From a virus: DNA of 64,000 nt. This document shows positions 19,105-30,386 of the stretch, one piece after another (positions within the stretch are counted from its first letter, which is position 1; every line of letters begins with the position of its first letter). A model generated the notes under the pieces. That model saw nothing but the letters and a program-made list of their open reading frames with translations, was not told where the DNA came from and did no database searches. The stretch spans positions 1-64,000 of IMG/VR virus record IMGVR_UViG_3300021356_000797, one strand, 5' to 3'. The translations under genes were made by a program, and so were the position numbers.

Positions 19105-22100
19105 ATGAAGAAGTTTCTTAGTGATGTATTAGTAGATTGTAATCTAACGGTAAGCGGCACCACTTCACTTGGTGCTGCTACCGGGATTACAGCAAGTGCA
19201 GAAGATAACTCTACAGCTTTAGCTACTACAGAATGGGTTACAACTCACGTATCTACTAATGCCATATACAGTTTAAGAGTACCAACAGGTACTACCAATA
19301 TTAGACTCTCCTCTGGTGGGGTTACAGAAGATGTGACAATCTCTGCTACTGGAGCAGCAGCTGTATCTAGAGTTTCTGATTCAGAGATTAGAATTACATC
19401 TTCTAATGATGTAGATTATATTTCAGATGTATCTCTTAGTGGTTCTACCCTAAGCTTTACAGGTATTAATAATGCTTTTACAGGATCTTTAGATCTTTCA
19501 GCATTAAGTGCACAGCTTACAGATATTGAAACAGTATATGCTACTGTACGAAATGTTTCAGGTATTTTTATACCAAAGGGAACTCCACTTGCTACAGTAA
19601 TAGGTCAGACTTCAGGAAATGTTTCTGATGTTGTTCCTGCAGATGCCTCTGATCCTGCTTTTATGCCTGCATTATTTGTTGCAGATGAAGATATTGCAGA
19701 AGAAGCAGAAGGTAGAGCTGTAGCTTATGGTGAAATTAGAGGTATTGATACCTCCCTTTATCCTTCAGGTACTACAGTTTATGTAGCACCAGGGGGTGGT
19801 TGGACAGACATTAAACCAACCGGAACAGATTTAATTCAAAACCTTGGTGTAATTACCAAGCAACATAACACCAATGGTGGTGGTATTGTTACTGGTGTTG
19901 GTAGATCTAATGATGTACCTAATATTCCACAAGGATATGCTTGGGTAGGTAATGCAAATGGAGTTGCAACTCCTACATTACTTGGATCTTTAGCATACAG
20001 TTCTGCTACCTATGATAATTATGGTAGTTGGAACTTAAAGACTAACGGTGTACAGCGTACTACTGTACAATCTGGTGGTAACTTAGATATTGTTGCTGGT
20101 ACTGATATTAGCGTAAGCTATGGTGCTGGTGGTGTAGTTACTATCAACTCTACAGCAACCGGAAGTATTGATTATATTTCTGATGTTGCACTTAATGGTA
20201 ACAGTTTAGACTTTACTGCAGTAGGCAGTGGTTTTGCTGGTAGTATAGATCTATCTTCTCTTAATGCCGTATCATCTATAGCAGATTTAACTGATGTAGA
20301 TCTTACTGGTTTAGCTAATAATGCAATCCTAAAATATGATTCTGTAAATCAAGAATGGGTTGTATCAACAACTAATGACACAGCTAATGCAACAGCAACA
20401 GCTATTGTACCATTTGCAATTGCTAGTGTTAACACAACTAGTAATGGTTCTGGTATAGGAATTAGCTGGTCAAATTGGAACTCATCTAATGCTACATTAG
20501 ATTTTACTTTTACTACTGCTCAACCAAATACTGACTATATAGTAATTACAGATACAGAAATATATGATGATTTCTTTGTAGGAGTTACTAATAAAACAGT
20601 TAATGGTTTTAGAGCAGAGTTTTACGATAACTCACAAAGCAGAACTCCTAGTAGTTTTTCTGAGTTTAGCTTTATTGTTTATGCTTCTGATCCTACACAA
20701 CAGATTAAGTCTTCAGTAGGTGGAATAAATGAACTTTCAGATGTTGATACAGTAACAAGTACACCTTCTAATGGTGAAGCTCTTGTATGGGATGGTACTA
20801 ACTGGGCACCTGGAACTATATCAACTACTAATAACTACTTAACAGGATTATCATTTAATACTAGTGACGGTGTACTTACTGCAACGCGTGAGGGTCTAGG
20901 AGATCTTACTGTAGATCTAGATGGTAGATATGCTTCTTCTGGTCATAATCATGACAGTAGATATATTAGAAAAGATGTAGTTGATTCATTTACTGGATTG
21001 ACTAATGATGTATATGATGATACTCCTGGATTTTTAAAAGGTGTTATTAGCTTAAGACCTGGATCAGAAGGTGGTAATACAGGTATTGGATTCAGTACTA
21101 CTGTAAATGTAAATACAGAAACAGGTCAAGACTACGGTTACTTATGGTGGTATGATGATAATAATAACTATGCGTTTGGTAATGGATCAGGTGAGAATGC
21201 TGCACTTATATTAGGTATTCAAAATGATTCTAGTACTACGAGCTTTGGTGGTACACAGGATGCAGTTGCTATTGAATCTTCTGCTAACATTTTCTTTAAT
21301 CCTGGATTATCAGGTATAGGAACAGGTGGTGTAGGTGGTCCAGACTTTACACAAGGAAAAGTATACATTGGTAGAGCTGATGAAGCTTATGAGGTATATC
21401 ATCAAGGTAACCTTGTAAATGTATCTCAACTTACCAATGACGCTGGTTACCTAACTTCATTTAGTGAAACAGATCCTGTATTTACAGCTCACGTATCTAG
21501 TGGTATTACAGCTACTAAAATTAGTAATTGGGATACAGCACACGGCTGGGGAGATCATGCTGATGAAGGTTACATGCTTCAACCACAATGGGTTCAACCT
21601 ATTACTAGTGGTTTTGGTTTTCATGATGATTTAGGTTCTGGTGGAGATCTTAATTGGGCAATAGGAGCTACTGATAGAGGTGGTGTAGGACAACCTGGTC
21701 AGAATGCTTTTATTATTGAAAAGCGTACAGATGGTGTTGAGTTTACAGGACTAGCTCAAGGTACTGAAGTATTTACTTTAGATGACTCTGGTAATTTAGG
21801 CCTTTCTAATTCTACCCCTGACCATAGATTAGATGTTAATGGTAATATCATGACGTCTGGGTATCTTATGGTAGGTAACGATACTGCTGTAAGAATTGCT
21901 AAAGGCAGTGGTACAGGTAATCCAGTTCCTCAAGAAGTAGCTTCTTTTGGATCTTCTGTACACATAGGTGCTTTTATAGACTTTACCATTTACAATGAAA
22001 CTAAAGAGCATATGAGATCTGGTACAATGCAGTTAGCATTTAATGCAGATCAGGTGGTGTTTAATGAAGTAAGTACAATGGATATTGGTGATACAACTCC

Positions 22101-22200
22101 TTGTATTTTAAATGCAGTAAATAACGATGGTGTTGTAAGTGTGACATTTGAAACACCTGATCCAAGCTTCTATATTAAGTATCAAGTAAGAACAATATAA
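19105..22200 (+). CDS. tail fibre protein (mosaic)
   Basis: LTDVD/LSDVD repeats, DYISDV duplication, VDLDGRY, HNH metal knot, NWDTAHGWGDH. Confidence 0.75.
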   Translation: MKKFLSDVLVDCNLTVSGTTSLGAATGITASAEDNSTALATTEWVTTHVSTNAIYSLRVPTGTTNIRLSSGGVTEDVTISATGAAAVSRVSDSEIRITSSNDVDYISDVSLSGSTLSFTGINNAFTGSLDLSALSAQLTDIETVYATVRNVSGIFIPKGTPLATVIGQTSGNVSDVVPADASDPAFMPALFVADEDIAEEAEGRAVAYGEIRGIDTSLYPSGTTVYVAPGGGWTDIKPTGTDLIQNLGVITKQHNTNGGGIVTGVGRSNDVPNIPQGYAWVGNANGVATPTLLGSLAYSSATYDNYGSWNLKTNGVQRTTVQSGGNLDIVAGTDISVSYGAGGVVTINSTATGSIDYISDVALNGNSLDFTAVGSGFAGSIDLSSLNAVSSIADLTDVDLTGLANNAILKYDSVNQEWVVSTTNDTANATATAIVPFAIASVNTTSNGSGIGISWSNWNSSNATLDFTFTTAQPNTDYIVITDTEIYDDFFVGVTNKTVNGFRAEFYDNSQSRTPSSFSEFSFIVYASDPTQQIKSSVGGINELSDVDTVTSTPSNGEALVWDGTNWAPGTISTTNNYLTGLSFNTSDGVLTATREGLGDLTVDLDGRYASSGHNHDSRYIRKDVVDSFTGLTNDVYDDTPGFLKGVISLRPGSEGGNTGIGFSTTVNVNTETGQDYGYLWWYDDNNNYAFGNGSGENAALILGIQNDSSTTSFGGTQDAVAIESSANIFFNPGLSGIGTGGVGGPDFTQGKVYIGRADEAYEVYHQGNLVNVSQLTNDAGYLTSFSETDPVFTAHVSSGITATKISNWDTAHGWGDHADEGYMLQPQWVQPITSGFGFHDDLGSGGDLNWAIGATDRGGVGQPGQNAFIIEKRTDGVEFTGLAQGTEVFTLDDSGNLGLSNSTPDHRLDVNGNIMTSGYLMVGNDTAVRIAKGSGTGNPVPQEVASFGSSVHIGAFIDFTIYNETKEHMRSGTMQLAFNADQVVFNEVSTMDIGDTTPCILNAVNNDGVVSVTFETPDPSFYIKYQVRTI

Positions 22201-22243
22201 CATAATGCTAACCATCTCTTTGGATAGGGAAAAAGAGTAAACA

Positions 22244-25200
22244 ATGGCAAACGAATTTAAAATTAAACATGGGTTTATTTCTACAGGCAGCGGTTCTGTA
22301 GAAGGAGAACTACGTATTACAGGAGCATCTTATGCAGATAATGGTAGTAGAATTGCTACTAGACCTTGGGTAACACAGTTTCTTTCTGATAATAGTTATG
22401 CAACAGCTGGTGACATTACTACTGCAATTAGCAATTTAGTTGATTCTGCTCCTGGTACATTAGATACTCTTAATGAGTTAGCAGCAGCAATAGGAGATGA
22501 TCCTAACTTTGCAACAAGTATTAGTACAAGTATAGCATCTAAACTTCCACTAGCTGGTGGAACAATGACGGGTAATATTACTTTTACTGATAACGCAGAA
22601 GGTATTGTATGGTCACGTAACACTGATGGAGCTTCTATTAAGTTCTATAACACAGCAGACGGTGACACAGATTCTAGATTAGAATTCCACACTAACGATA
22701 ATAACAATGAATACTTTAGATGGACTCACGGTCCTTCTGGAGGTGCTTTATATGAAGTAATGAAGCTTATGCCTACAGAGGCAGGAGGTTCAAGACTTAC
22801 AGTACAAGGAGAGGTTTTTGAAGGTTCTGAAAGAGTGGCTACACAGACTCATGTTTCTTCAAACTATCTAAGCAAGTTCCATGATATGACTATTACTCTT
22901 ACGGGTGATGCTAGTGGTACAGGTACCTTTAACAACATGGGTGATGTTAGTTTTGCCGTTACTGTTGCAAATGATTCACATACACATGACGGACGTTACT
23001 ACACTGAAACTGAAATAGATACTTTTTTAGGTGATAAAGCTGCAAAAGTACATACTCACGATGCTGCTGATATTGTAAGTGGAACATTCCCATCAGAAAG
23101 ACTTAGTGGTGTTTATACTATTGATGTAAGCGGTACATCTACATATGCTAATAATTTATATAGAGATGATAATAGAACTATAGCTCCAAGTGGAGACACT
23201 AATGGTACGCTAAGTTTTGGTTTTACATCATTCCAAAATGACAACTCAGCTCCTTGGGCAGACTACTTGCACTTAAGATCTTACACAGATTCTTCAGGCG
23301 GTAGAGATAACTTGCTTATGTTTAGTAAGTCTGATATGGAAATCAGACTATGGCAGCAAGACTTTAATAGTGCTGACAACTATGCAGACTTTAGAGACAT
23401 TGCATTTAAAGATGAGTTGCAAGTTCCTGCAATTAAGTCAAACGGGTCTACTCCTAGTTTAAATACGGGGATCACTGCTGGTGAGATTAGAACTCTTATT
23501 GGTGCAGGTACCTCTAGTTTTGATGGAGCTTATTCATCACTTAGCGGTCTTCCTACTTTAGGTACAGCTGCCGCATCTGCAGCTACAGATTTTGTAGCAG
23601 TATCGGGTGATACAATGACAGGCACACTTACAGCAAGCGGGGGTATTAATGGTTTGACTCTTGCTAATGGTATTAGCGGTACAAACTTTAATATTACAGG
23701 TGTTAACCAATTAGAAATTGCAGACCCTGGAGAAGGTATTGTATTTAAGTCAGGGTCTAGTGGTGATATGACACTTGCTATTGTAGATGATACTAGTGAT
23801 AATATTTTGAGATTTTCTGGTACAGGTGCTACACTACAAGTAGGTACTAATACTGTTTACCACACAGGTAACTTAAATATTGGAACACTTGATGGTTATA
23901 CTCAAGGAGAAGTAGATAACCTTGTTGATGCAAAAGCTGATTTATCACATACTCATACATTTGCTTCATTAACATCTAAGCCAGATTTTATAAACAACAG
24001 TTTACTTAGCAGTAGAGCAACTGGAACTCCAGATACTGTTGGGGATTCATATGGTGTGAGCGTAAACTATATGCAAGATGGAGCTACAAATTCTCCTTCT
24101 GGTGTTGACCACGCATTGCTTACAATGTCTTACAGTAATCTTTGGCAAACTCAACTTGCTCAAGACTGGAGAGAAAATGGTAGAATTTATATTCGTGGTC
24201 AAGAAAATGGTACTTGGTCTGGATGGGGACAAGTTTGGTCAAGTCATGATTTTACTTCAACTAGCATTTCTAATTGGAATACAGCATATGGTTGGGGTAA
24301 TCACGCAAGTGCTGGATACCTAACCTCACTACCTAACCATAATCACGACACATTATATGATGCTATTGGATCTGCTGATGCAGTAGGTCAACAAATTAAT
24401 GAGCGCATTGACACAGAAGTGTTTGATGCTATCACTTCGGCTCAAGACACAGCTGATGCTGCACTACCTAAAAGCGGTGGTACTTTATATAAACAAACAA
24501 ATACATCTGGTACAAGCGGTACAACTTTCTTAACAGTACACAATAATGTAGGTGGTGATATTAGTCAGCAGCAGTCTTTTGTAGACTTTATGTTTACGGA
24601 TACCAATGCTAACTTTACTCCACAAGTAAGAATAGGAGCGCAAGTAGGTAGAAACGCTGATGCTAATGCAATCTCTAAAGAAGGAGCAGGAGCATTTGTG
24701 GTTTATACAGGAGATGGTACTGATGAAAGCGGTGGTGGTGCTTTGAGTGAGGCAATGAGAATTGGCTTTGATAATAAGTTATATGTTCAAGGTGAAATTC
24801 AAGCAAGTGGTTATAATAAAACAAATTGGGATACTGCCTATGGTTGGGGTAACCACGCTTCAGCAGGATATTTAACAACGCTACCATCTCATAATCATGA
24901 TACATTATACGATTCATTAGGATCAGCAGATGCAGTTGCTACTGCTTTAAATGAGCGTATTGATACTGAGGTATTTGATGCTATTACAACTGTAAATGGT
25001 AACATTCCAACCAACAATAACCAACTTACAAACGGTGCAGGTTATATAACATCATTTGACATAACAACACAAACGGATGGTAAATATTTACGTAGCAATG
25101 CTGATGATTCATTTAGTGGAAATTTAACGTCTGCTCAAAGTAAATGGATTAAGTTCTATCATCCTACTCAAACAGATTCAAATGATGGTAAAATTGGTGC

Positions 25201-28078
25201 TGGTGTTTTTGATACTGGACTAAACATAGTAGGTGTACAAACTGTAGCCGGTACAGGCAGACAAGTTAGAGTTTGGGGAGACTTAATAACATCTACAGGA
25301 GCAAAATACGCTACTGAGTCTTATGTAAGCACAGCCGTATCTAACCTTGTAGATTCTGCACCGGCAGCACTGAATACACTTAATGAACTTGCTGCTGCAT
25401 TAGGAGATGATGCAAACTTTAGCACAACTGTAGCAAACAATATTGGTGCTATTGACACTCGTATTAATGATGAGGTTATCCCTTATATAACAGACGTAGA
25501 AACTACTGCTAACGCTGCACTTCCACAGAGTGGTGGTACAATCACAGGAAGCTTAACAATAGGTGCAGCTGTAACATTAAGTGAGTCAACAGACCGTTCA
25601 GACCTTCTATATATAAATAGCAGCACAAGTAGCTGGGGTGGTCTTCAGATAGGTAATACTTCTAATGAGTTTATTTTCTCCTTAATGGGGAATGGGAACG
25701 CTGGTGGTATTTATGATGACCAGAATGGTGATTGGATTATTTACTGGGACGAGAATGCTGGTGTAATATTGCACCATAATACAAATGAAAAACTTCGCAC
25801 TGTTTCTGACGGTGTAAATGTTACTGGTAGGTTATACGCTTCTGATGGAATTCAAGTTCCTTATGCGGCAGGTGCACATAAACCTATGATTGTTCTTAAC
25901 GGTGCAACCAACTATGGGCTTTTCCACACTGAGGCAACAAATGATAAGTTTACATTTGACTTTAACGGTGACCAGAAGTTCCAGTTTAGCCAAGATGGTA
26001 TATTCACTATTAACGGTAATACAATTACTACTGGAAAAGTAACAAACTGGGATACTGCTTACGCATGGGGTGACCACTCTGGTCTTTATGATGGAGTAGG
26101 TTCAGCATCTACTGCTGAAGCAAATGCTATTGCTCATGTAGATGAGCGTATAGATAATGAGGTATTACCTCAAATTCAAACTCCAGCAATTACTAGTAAT
26201 GGAACAGTTCCTGCTTTAAACAGTGGAATTAGTGCTGCTGAAGTTAGGTCTTTAATTGGAGCCGGTACATCTTCTAGTGATACCAACTATTATTTAAGTG
26301 GCGCTTCTTTTAATACATCTGACGGTGTTCTTACATTAACTGTAAGCGGTGCTGCAAATCAAGGTGTTGATTTAGATGGTAGATACTTACCATTAAGCGG
26401 TGGTAGTGTTAGTGGTAATATTATAATGACCAACACTAATCCTATGATCAGCTTTGTTCCTTCTGGAACTAATGACGCTGCAGGTATTAGATTTAATTAC
26501 ACTAATAATGATGGTGTAATGGAATTCTGGACATCTGATGATTACTCAGAACCATTTGTTTGGAGAGCTTATGATATAGGTCTTGTTGGTACAGGTACAT
26601 ATCAAGAGTGGATGAAACTGGAAAGTGGTAATTTAAACATCTCAGGAAACTTTACTGCTGCTGGAAACCTAACTACCAATCAGATTAACATTCAGTCTAT
26701 CACAAGTGATGGGACTATTGCTAACGACAAAGGTTCTTACCTACACTTAGGTGGTTGGGCTGTAGGTAGAACTGATGCAACTGCTGTACTTGTGAATACA
26801 GCTTATCGTGCTGACATACTTAACTCATCAAGGACTTTTACTATTGGTAATACTGGAAAGAACTTTAACGGTAGCGCAAATGTTAGCTGGACTCTTGCAG
26901 AGATTGGTGCTGAATCTGCCGGAGCTGCTGCTTCTGTAAATGATAGAATTGATAATGAAATAGTACCAGCATTAGCAACTATTCCAACAGATAATAGTCA
27001 ACTTACTAATGGAGCCGGATACATAACATCTGCTGATGGAGGTAATGCTCAAACATTAGATGGTTTAGATAGTAGTGCTTTTGTAAGAAAAGGTGTTGGA
27101 TATATGTGGACAGCTACAGGCAGTAATGCATTAAGCTTCCGTTCTCAAAACACTATTGAAAGTTCTTCTGGTGATCAAGCTGCATTAGAAGTATTTCAAG
27201 ATAATGCAGGTGAAGATGCATTTATGCAGTTCCACGTAAGTAGTGACTATGCTGTTTACTTTGGTCTTGATGGTTCTACTAATGATCTAGCTGTAGGCGG
27301 TTGGTCTATGGGTGCTAATAAGTACAGAATTTGGCATGCTGGTAATGATGGTTCTGGATCTGGATTAGATGCAGATACAGTAGATGGGGTTCATGAATCT
27401 ACGTTTATGCGTAGAAGTGCAAACAGCCATCTTGATATGAATAACTATAATATTACTGAAGTTAATCATATTACATTTAATGACTCTGGTTTTGGTGAAG
27501 GTATACAATGGCAGAACTGGTTGATTTCAGATTCCCCAGATGACTTATCTAACGGTGCTGGTAACTTACAAATATCATCTACAGCTGCTCCTGAAATTAG
27601 AGTAACCGTAGATACAAACGGTAATTTATATCCTTCAAGAGATAGACAGCATTTCCTTGGTCTTGAAACTAATAGATGGCAAATTGTATTCTGTGAGATT
27701 CTTGATTCTGCTGGACAGCATGAAAAGAATCTGCAAAACCCAGAAGGTGAGAAGTCTGTTAGTGAATATGAAACAGGTACTGTACTTGTCTGGAAAGGTG
27801 GTAAAAACGTACCGTGTGTAGAATATGCAGATCACATGAGAATGGGTATTGCAGTCAAAGGTATTGATTCTCCACTTATACAAGGTGCTGAACCTGTGTT
27901 AGTTACAGGTGTTGTTAAAGAAGGTGATTACTTAATTACCTCACGTAAAGAGGGACACGCTGAGGCTATTTCACCAGAGCTTATGCGTCAACAAGGTTTA
28001 TATGACTGTGTGTTAGGTAAAGCATTAGAAAATGGTGAAGGTGAATCTTACTTGGTAAAAACTTGGATAAACATATAA
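22244..28078 (+). CDS. long tail fibre protein with internal repeats and C-terminal intramolecular-chaperone (peptidase G2-like) domain
   Basis: DSAPxxLxTLNELAAA twice, NWxTAYxWG three times, HxH knots, C-terminal GTVLVW...VKEGDYLITS...LGKALE. Confidence 0.8.
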   Translation: MANEFKIKHGFISTGSGSVEGELRITGASYADNGSRIATRPWVTQFLSDNSYATAGDITTAISNLVDSAPGTLDTLNELAAAIGDDPNFATSISTSIASKLPLAGGTMTGNITFTDNAEGIVWSRNTDGASIKFYNTADGDTDSRLEFHTNDNNNEYFRWTHGPSGGALYEVMKLMPTEAGGSRLTVQGEVFEGSERVATQTHVSSNYLSKFHDMTITLTGDASGTGTFNNMGDVSFAVTVANDSHTHDGRYYTETEIDTFLGDKAAKVHTHDAADIVSGTFPSERLSGVYTIDVSGTSTYANNLYRDDNRTIAPSGDTNGTLSFGFTSFQNDNSAPWADYLHLRSYTDSSGGRDNLLMFSKSDMEIRLWQQDFNSADNYADFRDIAFKDELQVPAIKSNGSTPSLNTGITAGEIRTLIGAGTSSFDGAYSSLSGLPTLGTAAASAATDFVAVSGDTMTGTLTASGGINGLTLANGISGTNFNITGVNQLEIADPGEGIVFKSGSSGDMTLAIVDDTSDNILRFSGTGATLQVGTNTVYHTGNLNIGTLDGYTQGEVDNLVDAKADLSHTHTFASLTSKPDFINNSLLSSRATGTPDTVGDSYGVSVNYMQDGATNSPSGVDHALLTMSYSNLWQTQLAQDWRENGRIYIRGQENGTWSGWGQVWSSHDFTSTSISNWNTAYGWGNHASAGYLTSLPNHNHDTLYDAIGSADAVGQQINERIDTEVFDAITSAQDTADAALPKSGGTLYKQTNTSGTSGTTFLTVHNNVGGDISQQQSFVDFMFTDTNANFTPQVRIGAQVGRNADANAISKEGAGAFVVYTGDGTDESGGGALSEAMRIGFDNKLYVQGEIQASGYNKTNWDTAYGWGNHASAGYLTTLPSHNHDTLYDSLGSADAVATALNERIDTEVFDAITTVNGNIPTNNNQLTNGAGYITSFDITTQTDGKYLRSNADDSFSGNLTSAQSKWIKFYHPTQTDSNDGKIGAGVFDTGLNIVGVQTVAGTGRQVRVWGDLITSTGAKYATESYVSTAVSNLVDSAPAALNTLNELAAALGDDANFSTTVANNIGAIDTRINDEVIPYITDVETTANAALPQSGGTITGSLTIGAAVTLSESTDRSDLLYINSSTSSWGGLQIGNTSNEFIFSLMGNGNAGGIYDDQNGDWIIYWDENAGVILHHNTNEKLRTVSDGVNVTGRLYASDGIQVPYAAGAHKPMIVLNGATNYGLFHTEATNDKFTFDFNGDQKFQFSQDGIFTINGNTITTGKVTNWDTAYAWGDHSGLYDGVGSASTAEANAIAHVDERIDNEVLPQIQTPAITSNGTVPALNSGISAAEVRSLIGAGTSSSDTNYYLSGASFNTSDGVLTLTVSGAANQGVDLDGRYLPLSGGSVSGNIIMTNTNPMISFVPSGTNDAAGIRFNYTNNDGVMEFWTSDDYSEPFVWRAYDIGLVGTGTYQEWMKLESGNLNISGNFTAAGNLTTNQINIQSITSDGTIANDKGSYLHLGGWAVGRTDATAVLVNTAYRADILNSSRTFTIGNTGKNFNGSANVSWTLAEIGAESAGAAASVNDRIDNEIVPALATIPTDNSQLTNGAGYITSADGGNAQTLDGLDSSAFVRKGVGYMWTATGSNALSFRSQNTIESSSGDQAALEVFQDNAGEDAFMQFHVSSDYAVYFGLDGSTNDLAVGGWSMGANKYRIWHAGNDGSGSGLDADTVDGVHESTFMRRSANSHLDMNNYNITEVNHITFNDSGFGEGIQWQNWLISDSPDDLSNGAGNLQISSTAAPEIRVTVDTNGNLYPSRDRQHFLGLETNRWQIVFCEILDSAGQHEKNLQNPEGEKSVSEYETGTVLVWKGGKNVPCVEYADHMRMGIAVKGIDSPLIQGAEPVLVTGVVKEGDYLITSRKEGHAEAISPELMRQQGLYDCVLGKALENGEGESYLVKTWINI

Positions 28079-28081
28079 GTC

Positions 28082-29122
28082 ATGGCGTTTCGTATTAATA
28101 GAGGTATATTTCAATTTAAAGACGGTACAAAATTTATCAACAAATTTAAAATTGATGTTGATGGTCAATTAAAAGAAGTTGATGCTAATGGAGATCCTGT
28201 AGCTGATTATCTTAAAACAGGAGATAAAGCATCTGATGCGAATACTCTTGACGGTATTGATAGTACTGGATTTGTAAAAACAACTTATAACTCTGCTTTA
28301 AATAGTGATAGCAGAAACTCTAGAGGGGTTACTAGACTATACAGACGAGATGGTGATAGTAATTATTCTTTACAACACTATTGGACTGGTAGTTATTGGT
28401 ACTTAAAAGGATATAGCGGTGACACATATCATGCTGGAGTTCAAGTGGCATATGCAGATTATGCACAAACCGCAAATTTGCTTGACGGTATTGATAGCGG
28501 TTCTTTTTTAAGATCTGATGCAAATGATTCTTTTAGTGGTAATTTAACTGCAACTGCCAATGACTGGTACATATATGGTTTAGGTTCTAGAGGAGCTTCT
28601 TCAGGTGCTTATGGTATTGGAAACGGTGACAATGATGCTAAAAGACAGTTGACATTTCACGTTCCTAACCAAGCTGCATATTCTAGTTCAGGTACTGTTC
28701 CTTCTTTTGGTTTTTATTCCAATGGTTCTCGTGAATTAATGAAGCTAAATTCAGAGTCTGGTAATTTATGGGTTAGAGGTACAATAGAAGCAGATAATCG
28801 TATATATGCTGACAATGGTGTACATATACGTGGTGACTGGTTAAGAGTAAATGGTAATAAGGGTTTATATTTTGAATCTCACGGTGGTGGATGGTACATG
28901 AGTGATTCTTCTTGGGTACGTGTTCATAATAATAAAAACATTTACACTGCTGGTAACATTGAAGTAGGTGGTACATCTAGAGCTGATAACGGCTTTAAAG
29001 TTGGTGGAGATACTGTAATTGATTCTAGTAGAAATGTTACAGCTAATACATCTGTTCAAATTGGAGCATATGTAATTAGACACGATGCAGCTACTAACAG
29101 ATTAGAATTTGTATTAGCATGA
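28082..29122 (+). CDS. tail fibre / receptor-binding protein
   Basis: LDGIDS..F repeats; DWLRVNGNKGLYFESHGGGWYMSDSSWVR module also known from PilV-type adhesins and phage fibres. Confidence 0.7.
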   Translation: MAFRINRGIFQFKDGTKFINKFKIDVDGQLKEVDANGDPVADYLKTGDKASDANTLDGIDSTGFVKTTYNSALNSDSRNSRGVTRLYRRDGDSNYSLQHYWTGSYWYLKGYSGDTYHAGVQVAYADYAQTANLLDGIDSGSFLRSDANDSFSGNLTATANDWYIYGLGSRGASSGAYGIGNGDNDAKRQLTFHVPNQAAYSSSGTVPSFGFYSNGSRELMKLNSESGNLWVRGTIEADNRIYADNGVHIRGDWLRVNGNKGLYFESHGGGWYMSDSSWVRVHNNKNIYTAGNIEVGGTSRADNGFKVGGDTVIDSSRNVTANTSVQIGAYVIRHDAATNRLEFVLA

Positions 29123-29289
29123 TAGAGATATTTGAAGATATTGCTAATAATATATTTACCGTATCTGGAATAGATGGGGTTATGTATGAGTTTGAATCAG
29201 ACATAGATGCAATAAACAAAGCACAAGAGCTTTGCAATTGTAATGATGAGTTTATTATAATGCCTTTATTTGACGATGCTGAACTTTGA
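29119..29289 (+). CDS. 56-aa acidic protein (MIEIFEDIANNIFTVSGIDG...), possible fibre chaperone, not in ORF track
   Basis: ATGA overlap with the upstream stop; translated by hand. Confidence 0.6.
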   Translation: MIEIFEDIANNIFTVSGIDGVMYEFESDIDAINKAQELCNCNDEFIIMPLFDDAEL

Positions 29290-30385
29290 TGAGACAGGTG
29301 TTTTAAGATCACCCAATATAAATGAGACATTACATTGGGATGCAAGTTTAGGTAGAACTAATTTGTATTCTAATGGTGATTTTGAATTAGGAACTACTCA
29401 AAATTTTTGGGGAGGTTTAACTATACATTCTGATGATCCTCAATCTGGAAAGTATTATGCCCAGCAAAATGTATATGCAGGTTGGCAGAGTAATGAGTTT
29501 GTACCTGTTGATACGGGTCAAGAGTATGAAATTTCTTTATGGGTAAAAACTTTTACAAGAGGTTCAGATGGTAATCTTTCCAGAGGTCATATGGGGTTTG
29601 CATGCTATGATAAAAATAAATCATTTATAGATTTAAGAAATTGCGGGGGTTTAGGTAACACTAGGTTAAGTAGAGAGCTTAGACCAGGTGATCAATATGC
29701 TTATTTTGAAAGTAATAGCGGATGGTATAGTGGAACTTTTGAAGAAGTATCTGCTAATAGAGCTTACTATAGATGGATTTTATTTTTCCCACCTGATCAT
29801 CCTGATTATAGTCAAGAATGGTTTTACACAAGAATAAATCCTGTAGCATATCAAGAAATGATTCAAATGCCTGAAGGTGATTGGAGAGTAACTTTATCTA
29901 GTTATAGAAGTAGCGGTACTTTAGTAGATGCTCCTACAACAATGCCGGATATAGGATACCCATTACCTGCTGGTACTCCAGTATCAAGAGGTGCTGCCGG
30001 AGGTAGTTATAATTATGCGCTAGGTACAGGACCCTATCCTGAAGAATGGACTCAATTTAAAACAACAATACCAGCTAATACAGAAGTCAGAAATTCAGAC
30101 AGAAGGTTTAGACCAGGTACAAAATATATAAGATTTTTAATTTTAGGTAATTACTATGCTCGTTCTAGTAGTATTACAACTAAACCTGTTTTTGGATTAG
30201 ATAATATTGCTTTAACTTGTGTTTCTACAAATCAAGCAAACACTTTTAGTAGTTTTATAGAATTAGAAGATCAGGTTACACATGTTCAAGACATTGTAGA
30301 ATTAGGAGAAGCTCCAGTAAATAATGTATTGGGTTACATTGATGATGCAACTCTATATATTGCAAACGAAATAATAGAAGAATAA
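29276..30385 (+). CDS. carbohydrate-binding-module-like receptor-binding protein
   Basis: NLYSNGDFELG...VPVDTGQEYEISLWVK...FRPGTKYIR..LDNI CBM4/9-like jelly roll; ATG at 29276. Confidence 0.6.
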   Translation: MLNFDETGVLRSPNINETLHWDASLGRTNLYSNGDFELGTTQNFWGGLTIHSDDPQSGKYYAQQNVYAGWQSNEFVPVDTGQEYEISLWVKTFTRGSDGNLSRGHMGFACYDKNKSFIDLRNCGGLGNTRLSRELRPGDQYAYFESNSGWYSGTFEEVSANRAYYRWILFFPPDHPDYSQEWFYTRINPVAYQEMIQMPEGDWRVTLSSYRSSGTLVDAPTTMPDIGYPLPAGTPVSRGAAGGSYNYALGTGPYPEEWTQFKTTIPANTEVRNSDRRFRPGTKYIRFLILGNYYARSSSITTKPVFGLDNIALTCVSTNQANTFSSFIELEDQVTHVQDIVELGEAPVNNVLGYIDDATLYIANEIIEE

Positions 30386-30386
30386 A

